A stretch of DNA of 64,000 nt from Squalus acanthias (GCA_030390025.1 CM059431.1:113710001-113774000); one strand, 5' to 3'; numbered from the stretch's first letter, positions 12,817 to 25,726 are shown. Notes: generated by a model not told the origin, from the letters alone. Program-made: numbers and translations.

Positions 12817-12880
12817 CTTTGAGATAAGGGCGATTAACCCATTCTCCCAACAAAACAGGAAAATAAGGACAAGTATTGAT
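12817..12880 (-). CDS. Candidate coding exon, 64 nt (INTCPYFPVLLGEWVNRPYLK)
   Basis: Acceptor TTCCTAATAG, strong donor AAG|GTAAGT; phase 1 end fits the microexon. Confidence 0.45.
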
Positions 12881-12922
12881 CTATTAGGAAGTCTGGCACA
12901 TGAAGCTGTGATTCTTTAAGTT

Positions 12923-13418
12923 AAACAACAACAACTTGCATTTATATAACGCCTTTAACATGGTAAAACATCCCAAGGTGCTTCACAGGAGCGTTAGCAA
13001 ACAAAATTTGAAACTGAGCCACATAAGGAGATATTAGGACATGGGACCAAAAGCTTGGTCAAAAAGGTAGGTTATAAGGAGTGTCCGAAAGGAGGAGAGA
13101 GAGGTAGAGAGGTGGAGATGTTTGGGGACAGAATTCTAGATATTAGGGCCCAGGTAGCTGAAGGCACAGTCACCAACTGTGGAGCGGTTAAAATCGGGGA
13201 TGCGCAAGAGGCCAGATTTGGAGGAGTGCAGAGATCTCGAAGGCTTGTAGGGCTGGAGGAGGTTACAAAGATGGGGAGGGGCGAGGCCATGGAGGGATTT
13301 GAAAACAAGGATGAGAATTTTAAAATTGAGCTGTTGACGGACCGGGAGCCAATGTAGGTCAGCGAGCACAGGGGTGATGGGTGAACGAGACTTGGCACGA
13401 GTTAAGCTACAGCAGAGT
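12923..13418 (-). mobile_element. L2 LINE 3' part (continues at 17214-17300)
   Basis: LADLHWLPVRQQLNFKILILVFKSLHGLAP C-terminal motif; tail TATATAAATGCAAG(TTG)n. Confidence 0.9.
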
Positions 13419-16400
13419 TACATAGGATTACATAGGATATACGGCACAGACCAGTCTATGCCGGCATTTATGCTCCACTCAAGCCTCCTCCCGTCTTTCC
13501 TCATCTAAATCTATCAGCATAATCCTCTATTCCCTTTTCCCTCATATGCTTGTCTAGCCTCCCCTTAAATGCATCTATACTATTCGCTTCAACCACTCCC
13601 TGTGGTAGCGAATTCCACATTCTCACCACTCTTTGGGTGAAGAAGTTTCTTCTGAATTTCCTATTGGATTTCTTGGTGACTATCTTATATTGATGGCCTC
13701 TAGTTATGCTCTTCCCCACAAGTGGAAACATCCTCTCTGTGTCCACTCTATCAAATCCTTTCATAATTTTAAAGACCTCTATTAGTTCACCCCTCAGCCT
13801 TCTTTTTTCAAGAGAAAAGAGACACAGCCTGTTCATGCTTTCCTGATATGTATACCCTCGCATTTCTGGTATCATCCTTGTAAATCTTCTCTGCATCTTC
13901 TCCAGTGCTTCTATATCCTTTCTTTAATATGGCGACCAGAACTGTATGCAGTACTCCAAGTGTGGTCTAACCAAGGTTCGATACAGGTTTAGCATAACTT
14001 CCCTACTTTTCAATTCTATGGGCTCAATTTTCACCGGCCCGTGGAGGCGGGTTTGGAAGCGGGAGTGGTGTGAAAATAGCAGATTCAGGGGTCCCGAACC
14101 CATCCCGCCCCCAACCTGCCTCCATGCCAGTTTCCCCAAGGCGGGAAGGGGATTAGTGCCAATAAACTGCCTGTTAAGAGGTAGTTAACAGGCAGTTTTT
14201 TGCCTAATCCCTATTTTTAGCCCTGAATTGTGGGCTTCCTGACAGGTCCGAACCACGCCGATTTAGCGAGGCGGACCGTCGGTCTGGAGGGCTTGGAAGA
14301 GTCGAGATGTCCGGTGTGCAGGTGAGTGATGGGTGCATGAGTACAGAGGTAAGTGTGTTTGGTGTGTGTAAAGTGTTTTAAGAACTTTTACTTACCTTAA
14401 CTTTGTCCTGCAGGCTAGCTTCCTTAAGGTGTTGGGAGTCCCTCACATCCACGGCACAGAAAGCAGAATGGCCGCGGAGCTGTCAAAAGCTGCAGTCTCT
14501 GCTTTCTGTGCTGGATTGATTTCTAACTGAGTCTAAGTACAGGGACTCAAGTTAGAAATCATATTGTCAGTGTTTGACAGCTTCACAGAGCTGTCAAACG
14601 CTGAAATTTCATCTGTCAAAAGCTCTTGACAGATGAAATTTCAATGGCTGACGTCACCTGTATCCAAGGGACCCTTGATTGGCCTGCTAAGCCCGCTGGG
14701 CGGGCTTAACAAGGTCAATCAAGGGAAAATACAGTGGGTTGGCCACAAGTCGATGGAGGCGGGACTACAACCCAAAAAGTGGGAGTCCCGCCTCCATCAC
14801 GTCCCCATTTACAAAATCCAGCCCTATAACTCTAGAAATAAATCCTAGTGCTTGGTTTGCTATTTTTATGGCCTTGCTACCGTGTCGCAACTTTTAGTGA
14901 ATTGTGTATTTGTACTCCGAGATCCCTTTGTTCCTCTACCCCACCGAGACTCGCACCCTCCAAGTAATAAGTGACCTCCCTATTCTTCCTACCAAAATGT
15001 AATACCTCACATTTATCTGTGTTGAACTTCATTTGCCAATTATATGCCCATTCTGCAAGTTTATTAATGTCCTCCTGTAATTTGTTGCAGTCCTCCTCAG
15101 TATTGACTATCCCACCCCCCGCCCCCGCCCCCCACCCCTGCAATTTGGTGTCATCTGCAAATTTAGAAATTGTGTTTTTGATTCCAAAGTCTAAATCGTT
15201 AATATAAATTGTGAACAACAGTGGTCCCAGCACTGATCCTTGTGGAACACCACTACCCACCTTCTACCACAGTGAATAGCTACCCTTTATCCCTACTCTC
15301 TGCTTCCTGCCTTGAAGCCAGCTAGCTATCCATTCTTCTACTTGTCCCCTGACTCTGCATTCTCTGACCTTGTTCATCAGTCTATTATGGGGTACCTTAT
15401 CGAAGGTCTTTTGAAAATCTAGATAAATTACATCTATTGCATTACCATTGTCTACTCTCCCTGTTACCTCTTCAAAAAATTCAAAGAGGTTGTTCAAGCA
15501 AGACTTTCCCTTTTGAAATCCATGCTGACTATTCATTATGATGTTTTTTGTTTCTAGATGTTCTTCTATTTTCTCCTTTAGTAGGGATTCCATTATTTTT
15601 CCTACCACCGATGTTAAGCTGACTGGTCTATAATTCCCTGGACATGTTCTATCCCCCTTTCTTAAATATAGGTATTACATTAGCTATCCGCCAGTCCTCT
15701 GGCACTACACCTTTTTCTAACAAATTATTAAATATGTGTAATAATGCCTCTGCTATCTCTTTCCTAAATTCTTTTAAAATGCATGGGTTTTATCCTGTTT
15801 GATTTTGATTAGTTTATTTAATATATCCCCTCTTTTTATTTTAATTGCACTTATCACATTACTAATCTCATCATCCAATGTCATTTCCATCTGTTCTATC
15901 TCCCTGGTAAATACTGAAGCAAAATAATGATTTAATATTTCTGCCATCTCTCTATTGTTACCTATGGTATTATCCTGTCTATCCCTTAATGGCCCTATTC
16001 CCATCCCAACCTTCCTTTTTTTATTGATGTGCCTGTAACATATTTTAATTTTTTTGTTTTATGTTCTTTGATAATTTAATTTCATAGTTCCTCTTTGCCT
16101 TCCTAATTGTTTTTTTGACTTCTCTTCTAATCTCTTTATATTCTCCCTTATCATGCACTTCCCTGCTGTCTATGTACTTAATGTATGCCTCTTTCCTTAC
16201 CCCCAATTGTTCCCTTATGTCTTTATTCATCCATGGGGTCTCATTAGTGTTTAGTTTGTTCTTTCCTTTTAGTGGAATATATTTTTCCTGCACTCTGTTT
16301 AACACCATTTTAAATGTTTCCCATTGCTGTTCTACATCGTTGTTTGCCAATATTGTTGCCCATTTTATTTTCCCAAGTTCTATTCTCAGCCCCTCAAAAT

Positions 16401-17213
16401 CAGCTTTTCTCCAATATATTACCCTGGTTTTCGTCATACTTATGTCCTTCTCAATTATCATCTTAAAGCGTATTTTATTATTGTCACTATTGCCTAGATG
16501 TTCCCCTACTTTTACTTCTCTTATCTGATCTGGTTCATTCCCCATTACCAGATCTAATAGTGAATCCTTACTTGTTGTTTTTTTTACATATTGGGTTAGA
16601 AAGGAGTCCTGTAGACATTGTAGGAACTCCATTCCCTACCTCTTCTGTCCAATTAAGATCGAGGTAGTTGAAATCCCCCATGATTATTATTCTATGTTTT
16701 TTACTCATTTCCCTAATTTGTCTGCATATTTCTTCCTCCACCTCCATTCCACTAGTAGATGATTTGTAGGCTACACCTATTAGTGTGATTGATCATTTAT
16801 TATCTTATATTTCTATCCATATGGATTCTATTTTTGTCTTGCTGATAGCTGCGTCACTTTTTTCTATTGCCATTATGTTATCCCTAATAAGTACAGCTAC
16901 TCCACCTCCCCTTTTCCCCCTCTATCTTTTCTAAATATGTTATACCCTGCAATGTTTAATTCCCAGTCCTGATTTTTCTATAGCCATGTCTCAGTAATCC
17001 CTACTATGTCTGGTTCCTCGCAACGCATGATTGCCTCCAACTCCCCTGTTTTATTACGGATACTATGTGCATTGCTGTACAGACAGTTTAGCTAATTTTT
17101 AATAGGATTTCCTCTCACTTTATGTTTAACCATCTTTTTAAACTCCTGTTCCATAACTCTATTTATTCCCTTGCCATCAACGTCTCCCTTACTTTATTCT
17201 TTCCTATGCTCTC
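13419..17213 (-). mobile_element. CR1 LINE with near-complete degenerate ORF2 (EN+RT), inserted in L2
   Basis: EN N-terminus LNCLYSNA near 17080, LDLVM..HLGNSD, GVPQGSVLGP, FADD; tail TCCTATGTAA repeats. Confidence 0.95.
14020..14824. mobile_element. Harbinger-type MITE, 805 bp, inserted in CR1
   Basis: TIRs GGGCTCAATTTT / AAAATCCAGCCC; TSD TAT; removal restores GFISRVIELKSRE. Confidence 0.9.
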
Positions 17214-17300
17214 TTTTGGATGAGCTCAAGTTTATGGGGGGTTGAAAATGGGAGGCCGGCCAGGAGAGTGTTGGAATAGTCAAGACGAGAGATAAACATA
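17214..17300 (-). mobile_element. L2 LINE, upstream continuation
   Basis: SRLDYSNTLLAGLP...KLELIQ joins to the sequence at 13418. Confidence 0.75.
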
Positions 17301-19257
17301 GGGAATTGCTACTCTGTTCTTACACTTAGCATTGTTTGTACACCATGCTCAGGGATACCAGGAAATAAACTACATCAAAATAATTAATTGTAGGCAGAAC
17401 ACACAAGTATATCAAAAGAAACATAGATGCTGCTCGGCTTCTCTGAGTTATGTATTGCAACAGTTATCTTTTCTTTTAATATCCCAGTTCGCATCTAGAA
17501 GCCAAATGTAGGCGACCATCAAACTGCCACACTGCGAAATTAATCTCCTCCTACACAGAATTCATCAACAGGTCCTTTCAGATTCTCAGTTTACCATTTA
17601 CAAATCCCTGTTTGCCTTCCTAAACATAAAGCTTGTGATATTATTCCCACTCGATACTCCACCAAGATTTTCCTATTGGCATGAGTGTTGGGCTGAATTT
17701 AACATCAGGGGGGAATTTTGGGTTGAGGTGAGTGGTAAATTGATAAAATTATTGCTAGTCGAATTCTCTGCTCTGCATTAATGATCACCCATATGCTAAC
17801 CCCCAGAATTGTTAAAAGCCAATTAACTTCATTGCTGAGAAACGTACCAGCAGGAAAATTACCCATTGACAATTTTTAATCACAAAGTTCAATGGTAACC
17901 ACAGGCACTATTTAGTTCAAATTGAAGTTAGCCTTAATATTGCTCGGAAAATCTGCTCTCAGAGGCGCATCCCCTCAGAAATCATAATTGCAACTGTAAA
18001 GAAGGAGTGGGGAAATTGCCAATCCTCACGGCCTCAAGGATTTTCATCATTCCAGTTCGTAGACATTTCCCTGAATAGAATATGTTCACAAATGCAAAGT
18101 ATATGAACATATCGTCGCCAACGACTGGTATGCTAATAGCTCCATCCAAACACATACTTCACATTAATCAGGTATTGGGCACTACTGTATCTAGATACAT
18201 GCAGCAAACTTAATGAAGCACCTAATAAAAGGCACATAATTTTGACAGAACTCAAATGAAAGTGAAAGTCAGTATAGTATGGACATTTCACAACCAGCTA
18301 TCTCTATCCAAAAAGATTACTATAATTGCAATATGAATAAAATATACCTGTAAAGCTCCTTAAAATATTAATCATTGAACAATATTGCAAAAGGTCTGCT
18401 TTTTACATTATCTAAAAAGAAATAAGACCAATAGTTTGTCTTGTGTATTGCCTTGTTGAAGATAACAATTGTGGCTACTTGGAATAGATCTGTACGAGGG
18501 AGAATCAATGCTGAGAACTCATAGGTTTGGTCTCAGCAGCAGTTGCATTGAACATTCCCAATAGCAAGGCTATCTGATGCAATATGTCAAGGTTGCTACA
18601 GACCTGAGGTCAGTTGATAAAGGTATTGAAGAGATGATTTATTTCATTAGGTTCCCCACTAAGCTAACCTGCTTGTTCAACTGCTCGCAGCTAATTTGTA
18701 AGGTGGTATGCGTGTTTTTCACGTGTTTATCAGCTAAGTAAAGCTTGTATGGGGAATCTCTCCCATATCTGAAATCTAATGAACTTTTTTTTATACCTCC
18801 TGGAGCCTCAGGAAGTTTGAAGAAAATAACTGAAGTACCCATCTCTCTTTTACAAATGATACAATGGAGCTCATCTTCCTTTCACATATTGCTTGCCCTT
18901 TGGAGACTCCTGAGACTGATTCCTTCTTCTGTTGGCTATTTGCAATGTCAAACTCTTCAAGTTCATCCTGACATCTTGTTGGTAGTGCCATTGCCACCAT
19001 GTCTGTCTCCTTCGTGTCAGAGACCAGGTTGATGGCTCACTTGTAGGTGTTTAAGATTCAAGGAACATTGAACATTGCAGCATTACCTGCAAGAATTTCA
19101 ACTATCAGCGTATTGCTGTGAACACTGGATGCTTCCCATGGTCTGAACTAAAAGGCTTCTATGAACATTTATATGAAGTATTATATTGAAATGATTGCAA
19201 AGCAACAATATGCATTAGGTATGTCATGGAATATTAGGAATATGTAAACATCTTAAC

Positions 19258-19429
19258 CAATGTTCCCTCTAAGCTGCGCGGCTGCATGGCCGTGCAACTG
19301 TCTGCCGGTCCCGCGCAGCCCGGGACCGACTTTTCCAACGTGAAATTTCGCGCATGCGTGAAACTTTGAATGGGCCATGCAGCCCGTTAAAGGGACCGCG
19401 CACCCAAATTTAAAATTAGGGGAGCATTG
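19258..19429. mobile_element. hAT-type MITE, 172 bp
   Basis: TIRs CAATGTTCCCTCTAA / TTAGGGGAGCATTG; perfect 8-bp TSD ATCTTAAC. Confidence 0.9.
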
Positions 19430-19525
19430 ATCTTAACATAGCTACATAGTCCACTACCTATAATTTTTAATAATTGTTGTCAATTTTGAAAGATGCAAAC
19501 TCCTTTAAAATAGTAGGTTACATAC

Positions 19526-19811
19526 CTATCAGCATCTTCATGCTCAGTGGAGCAGCTCTCCACCTCCATCCTGAACAGCCCTCCCACCTTCTGCTCCACA
19601 GGTACAAGTGCTCTTCAGGCCGATGTTCCCCTTCCAGCAGCATATTCCTGTTAAAGAAAATCTTCTCTCCGGTATCCCTGTTCACATCATTAAATCTTTT
19701 GCTATACTTGGCAGATTCTCCAGTCCTGCCACTGAAGTGGTAGGACCAGAATGCTGCTAGCTTCAGACTTTTCCGTTGTCAAAATCTTTAAGTTTCGCAC
19801 GCACCTTGTCC
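19526..19811 (-). pseudogene. Very old Myb/SANT (Harbinger ORF2-like) relic
   Basis: RT...KRFNDVNRDTGEKIFFNR...LVPVEQKV resembles RT..QC.KRFNDL.R..EK.AHNR...LT..E; stops and frameshifts. Confidence 0.45.
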
Positions 19812-20149
19812 TGAAACTTGGTTGGCAATGACATTGCCAGCATATGTGTCTCCTTCTTACCAGAGACCACAATAGTGGGTCACATGGAGGTATTTAGGAT
19901 TCAAGGAGGACTAAACACCCCACAACTACCTGCAAGAGCAACTATCAGCTTATCAGTGTGAACTCTGTGGCTGCCTCCTGAGGTTTGAACTGAAAGCCTT
20001 ATATGAAGGGTTGTGTTGAAATAATTAAATTGAAAGGATATGCAGGAACAGCTATGCAAAGCAAGCCTTTGACCTGAATTAGACTTGACACTGGAGCCTT
20101 GCCAAAGAGGGGGGAAATCAGGAAGTCCCATGTATCATCTGTCCTTGAA

Positions 20150-20340
20150 GGTCTGCAAGCCAAATTTAAAGGGGTATGGTCTATATGAGGAAGGTTTCCC
20201 TCTTTGGTACTCCAAGGCCACCCCCTCCAGAGGACAGCAGTGGGACATACCTAGCAGGAGCTAGCAGCACTGACCAATGCTGAGTATACTACCAACAGGT
20301 CCTGGGAACAGATGCAGAAAAAGATGGCACACCTTAACAA
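20150..20340 (+). pseudogene. Decayed Myb/SANT exon fragment
   Basis: LFGTPRPP...NRSWEQMQKK, similar to 12170-12400. Confidence 0.4.
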
Positions 20341-20344
20341 AGTC

Positions 20345-20432
20345 GAGAAGTCGCACAACACCAGGTTATAGTCCAACAGTTTTATTTGAAATCACAAGCT
20401 TTCGGAGCTGCTGCCCCTTCGTCAGGTGAAGT
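20345..20432. mobile_element. Penelope-like element terminal fragment
   Basis: CACAACACCAGGTTATAGTCCAACAG..TTTATT..AGCTTTCGGAGC..CCTTCGTCAGG recalled as a Penelope-type end; no ORF support. Confidence 0.5.
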
Positions 20433-20637
20433 AAAGGAATACGAATCGACAAAGCATATATAGTAACAAAGTCGCCAAGGTAAGACTGCCCAACAGTACC
20501 TGCAAGTCTTTTCAGTTTCAGTGATGCACACAGATAGACTGGTTGAACATGACATTTCAAAAAGAAGTGCTTGATATTAGTTACAAGGCAATCTAATAAA
20601 TCAAGACATGGTAAAACCAATGGAGCACAGAGACATA

Positions 20638-21527
20638 GGGGGAAAAATTCAGTATCGCCCCGTTTGGGGCGCAATTATCGGCCGGGCGCAAAGCTTAGCG
20701 CCTGGCGCTAATTATCGCCTCCGACTGCAAACTTGACTTTCATCGCCCCTGGAGGTGATTGGAGCGCTAAATCAGCCGCTACACATCTGTCTTAAGGCGC
20801 AAAGGCTGAGGAGCGAGGCGCTAACTCAGAGCGCTGGCGAAGCTCATGTGATGTCAGTCAGCAATGGAACACAGACACAATGGCGCGGGCCAGTTCTTAA
20901 AGGGGAGGGTTGATCTTGCTTTCCATCCACATCCTGCTCATTGCAGCCTTGAATCTCAGCCTGGAGAGACCTGTACATCAAATCTGCTGGAAAGAACAAT
21001 GGAGAACCCCAGAGAAAGAGCTCAGAGTGCAGCCCCCACCGTCTCTTCTAAATCGATACAAGGAAGGGCAAATCAAAATGAACCTGCAAAGTGCGGCTCA
21101 ATACCCGAAACTCCTTCACACAGCGTTGAATCTCTCCAGAAGTCTCTCTCCCTCTCAGAATGCGTGGTTCAAAAATGTCGCCAACAAAAAAAGGCAGGAA
21201 GCGGTCGCCTTTAAATAGCGCTCCCCCAGTCCCTTCCTGACTGCAAAACGCTCCCCTCAACCTGTCATTGCTAGCGGCAGGCGGTAAGGCAGGGGGCGCC
21301 ACTCAATATCCGCTCCGGGGCGCTACCGGGGCGTTGCGCACTCGACTGACGTCACAATCTGCTGGCGCAGGAGATCGTGGCGGTAATGTTTAACGCCGCC
21401 TGCAAAATGTCTAGTTAATTTCACGAGCGGCACAAACATCGCCGCGCATGGGCGCTAGTTGCTTTGCGCCCCATTAGCGCCCTCTTAAGGCGCTAACAGG
21501 AGGCGCAACCAACTGAATTTTTCCCCC
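20638..21527. mobile_element. Non-autonomous Harbinger, 890 bp, termini related to the two-gene copies
   Basis: Perfect 16-bp TIR GGGGGAAAAATTCAGT; TSD ATA; GGCGCTAA subterminal repeats shared with the 45429 and 59524 elements. Confidence 0.92.
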
Positions 21528-22104
21528 ATAGATTCATACAGATACATCAATTACAGTAACAATCACCAAGTAGATGGCCCAGGTAGACCTGACACAAAGT
21601 GTTGTGTTGTCAACCTGTCTCATATTTGGTCTATGTCAAGCCTTCACACAACCTTACTGCCTATGCATACTCATACTCCAACAAAGCACATATTCAAACT
21701 GCAATTTACAATTGAAAGACTTGGCACACTGACATCTTCAAAGGGCTTCACTAGTAAAATCATAAAAACACAACTTAGTTACATGATGTATGGTGACTCA
21801 CTGACATACAGGGTGGGTTGCAGGTGGGTGTGAGATCCTAGCAGCTGGAAATCTCCCCTTTCATTTGCTGAATTCTTGCTTGGTGGAATATCATGAGACA
21901 AATATTACTCCGAGCTATCTGAGGATATTCTTCTATAAGAATATCCAGCTCAGTCTCTTGAAATCACAGCCTTTCTCCGGCTATATTTCTCCACCATTTT
22001 TCAGTTCTTGTTACCAACAGAAACAATGTTAGACTCATTCAAAAAGAGAAATTATTCATTTCTGTGTCATTAATGTGATTAACATATATACCTTGCAACA
22101 TATC

Positions 22105-22213
22105 CTGCCGTACAACATTGACTACACTTCTAAAGTATTTCATTGGTTGTAAAGCGCTTTGGGACGTCCTGAGGTTGTGAAAGACGCTATATAAATGCAA
22201 GTCTTTCTTTTTC
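22105..22213 (+). mobile_element. Deu-domain SINE 3' tail fragment
   Basis: TTCATTGGTTGTAAAGCGCTTTGGGACGTCCTGAGG...TATATAAATGCAAGTCTTTC as at the end of 28087-28536. Confidence 0.8.
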
Positions 22214-22917
22214 ATTTTTAATTGAAAGATAAACTTACCACCAGGATAACCAGAAAACAGAATGTAAATTGTTACCATTTTGCCAGTAAATCACTGGATG
22301 TGCTGCCAAAACATCTCAAAACCTTTAGTTCTATCGCTGAAGATGTCCCTTAAATTATTTTCTTTAGAAACAACTCAAAATATAAGGGATGGTTTTTGTT
22401 TTAAATAACCCAAAGGCATTTACATCACATCTTTGAATTCATTCTCTGATGTAAGTTTACAGTTACATTCAAAGTATTCTATGCGGTGAAAATATAGATG
22501 TTTAAATTGAATACTTGTTGGAATGAAGAAATGTCTGTGCTGCACAGTTGCCACTAGGAGGTGCAATACCCATTCACATTGGCAATCAGCATGGAACAGA
22601 AAATTGTGAAGAATATCTTCATTTTCATTGCTTCCCACTGGGATACAGCAAGTAATCAATTGAACCTTGATTGGTCATGACGGTAGCAGATTAAAAAAAT
22701 TATTGTAGCTAACTGAAAACATAAATGTCACCTTTTTCCTTCGTTCCCTTTGGCTGTTACCAACAAGACTGTATAAATTGATACTTTGTTAAGGCACAAT
22801 GCTGATCCAAGGTAGGAAATTCAAAAAAAACATCCAATTTGCTCCTATTATACAGCATCCTGACTCAAGCACCAACCCAATTCAAGGATTTGACTGTATG
22901 AGCGATAACCTCAACAG

Positions 22918-23155
22918 ATTCTCCTCCAAGTCACACACCATCCTGATGTGGAAATATATCGGCCGTTCCTTCATTGTTACTGGGTCAAAATCCTGGAACT
23001 CCCTCCCTAACAGCACTGTGGGAGTACCTCCACCACACAGACTGCAGCGGTTCAAGAAGGCGGCTCACCGCCACCTTCTCAAGGGCAACTAGGGATGGGC
23101 AATAAATGCTGGTCTTGCCAGCGACGCCCACATCCCATGAATGAATTAAAAAAAA
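22918..23155 (+). mobile_element. CR1-group LINE family B, 3' fragment
   Basis: SKSWNSLP coding end plus tail GCCCACATCCCATGAATGAATTAAAA. Confidence 0.85.
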
Positions 23156-23489
23156 GATTTTTCAATTTCTGCCAACAAGAGAAATTAGTTGTGTGATCAA
23201 GTTTGCTGCATTGTGATACATCCAGGGCTAACCCTTAGTTAGAATTGATTGATTATAAATGTTCTTCGTGTTTTAGGAACACACGAAGAGCAAACAATAA
23301 ATGGAAATACCCTGTACACCAGTAGTTAGTACGGGAATGCCAACATCATCACAATCTAAGACCATTTCAAAATATCTGCCTCAACTGAAAGAATATCTTT
23401 GTTCTTTTTTTTGATCCCTAAGGGGAGAGGCCTGCAGACCTCCTAAAGAGGGCTCCTACTGATAATGAAGATGCATAGACATCTGACCA

Positions 23490-24466
23490 ATGGGCGGAAT
23501 ATTTGAGCCAATTATTTTCTTTAAAAGGACACTGCTGATGTGCAGGAGTGGCAGCATTTATAGACGTAAAAGCATGGCTATGGATCGGAAAGTCCGGCCT
23601 AAGTTTGCATGTCTCGTTCACATCACGCCATATTTTCTGATAGGTAGTTTAGGGCTAAAATATGATGCCGTGCTACTGGCATGAACTGACCTCATTTCAA
23701 TATTTCAATTATTTGAAACAGGTCCCATGCTGAGTCTTCTGAATCCAAGTGCAACTCTACCTTATAAACAGGGTGCATGGGAATCCTGGGATTTTGCCTG
23801 CTCCAGTAGGCAACTTAAAGGAGGACACTTTTAGTCCTTGTTAAAAGTGTATTTCTCATTTTTAATTATATTTTTCTGCATTTGTCTCCTCATATTAGAC
23901 ACTTATGTCAGATAGTCTTCCATTTTTGCATTGGGGCTTTTTCCTGCTTCCTTTCTTTTCTTGGTCGCTGCAGGCATTTAGATCATAATGTACAAAGTGA
24001 TGAGGTTGTATATTCTTTCTGAAGATAGATATACCTTTGGGGATTCCAAATAGAAAGAGTAGTTCATGAGAGGTCAACAAATGCAGTCACAGCAACACCT
24101 GAGGTGTTTGGTCCGCACCAATCACTGCCCATGGAGCCATGTTTATAGACCTCTCCGTGCCTATATGTCAGCGGAGACTGGTGTTTTTTGCCTTCACTTC
24201 ACAAGAATGGCTGCCACCGAGTTCTGCCATCTGCCCCAGACAGCATCTGGAACACAAGGTGGCTTTTCCTGAAGAAGCTTTCATGCACTGCATTCTTTCA
24301 ACCCATCACATGGACATCCGGCACGCCGGAAAATCTGCGCTGCACACCCTACATCAAGCAAGTGAGAAATGCCACCTTCATCACTTTTCCTGTGGAAAGG
24401 AAGTATCAATAGGATGGATGCCCTGTTTCACCGGGGACTTTTTATGTTTTGGAATTTTTACCCCCC
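23490..24466. mobile_element. Degraded non-autonomous DNA transposon
   Basis: Right end GGAATTTTTACCCCCC resembles a Harbinger TIR; internal palindrome near 23680-23730; left end uncertain. Confidence 0.35.
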
Positions 24467-24739
24467 TATACTGATTTGACTTTACTTTAAACATTTTATG
24501 TTGACATGCCCAATTTTGGATTTGGATTGGGGAGGACATAAATAATGTTACCAAATATGAGAATATTGGTGATTTGAATATTCACAGGATTATGCAAAGT
24601 GCAATAAAGTCCCTCTGAAGTTTAAGATTATAGGTTGAATCGGGTCAGCACCACATTCATAAACTCCCTTGTGTTTTAATTATATGCTGAAATGCTGTTA
24701 TTTTTAATTCTTCCAATTATTTGCCATTAACCTTGATCC

Positions 24740-25130
24740 CGACTGTTCCCTTCCTTGATGCATACAGTGTTGCAGGCAGTGGTTGTCCTCTGGTGCCTTG
24801 CTCAGGTGGCCATTATTCTCTGGTGAGCGTCAAGCAATGTGTATCAGCAGACTATTTAACTGAGGGAAGCATTATAATCTGGCCCAACTCTGTCCTTACC
24901 CAACTGACCACACAGACTCGCTTCCAGCAGAGGTCACTAAATAGCAATTGAGAGCAGAAATATTGACGACTATTCTCTCCATTGCCTGAGGCACTGAGAT
25001 CGCTGAAGCGACCCTACCACTCCCAAGGCTGAGAACAGCTAACTCAGCACAGAGCAGAGATCGAAACAGTGACCTTTCCAGCCTGTCTTTTTCAGCTATC
25101 ACTTGGATAAACTTACTGAGCCATCAGGGA
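24740..25130 (-). mobile_element. SINE family S2
   Basis: Reverse complement of the S2 core (GCTAACTCAGCACAGA) with a tRNA-like head near 25115-25130. Confidence 0.65.
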
Positions 25131-25223
25131 ACCCCCACAGTATTATTTAAGCTATGTCTTTTTGTGTATTTGTAGGCTCCACAAAAAAATACAAAATCTA
25201 TCTCAACCCCTCACAATCACATA

Positions 25224-25387
25224 GGGGTAGGTTTGGGCCTTCACCGTCTGTGTTGTAATCTAGAGAAGCCGATCGCTTGCTCTTTAGAGAACCTGCCCGA
25301 TTATCATTCATTTGATGGGTCCGATCAGGGACGGATGATCCGGTCCAGCAGATTACTGCCCAGGCAGCGAAGGCGAAACTCTATCCC
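25224..25387. mobile_element. Short MITE
   Basis: Imperfect TIRs GGGGTAGGTTTGGGCCTTC / GAAGGCGAAACTCTATCCC; flanks ATA and TTA. Confidence 0.55.
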
Positions 25388-25537
25388 TTAGTATTTAAAT
25401 AACTAGAAAAAAAATTATTGCCTTAAAAAGTCATTCTACTCTAAATACAAAATAATACTGAACTGAAACCAGCTACATAATAAAAGTTTTGAAGATTTCA
25501 TCATGAAAAGAATTTAAGCGCCTGGGGACGCTTTTCT

Positions 25538-25726
25538 AGGGGTCATTTTAACCTAACGCGCCGGGTGGGAATCCCACGGGATCGGGTGGAACGCCGGTTT
25601 TACACCCCGCCCAATATTCCTCTCTGCTGTCTTCAATGGAGAGTAAAACCGGGTGGGATGCGAAACCAGCATGGCACCCGATCCCGTCAATTTCCCGACG
25701 GGGCGGCTTAGGTTAAAATTGCTCCC
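25538..25726. mobile_element. Short palindromic MITE
   Basis: ATTTTAACCTAA...CGGGATCGGGTG mirrored by CACCCGATCCCG...TTAGGTTAAAAT. Confidence 0.7.

Noticed and set aside
17480..18200. Possible very old Harbinger transposase (DSQFTIYK resembles ISQFTIH)
   Set aside because: Only one short motif; no catalytic motifs recoverable by eye
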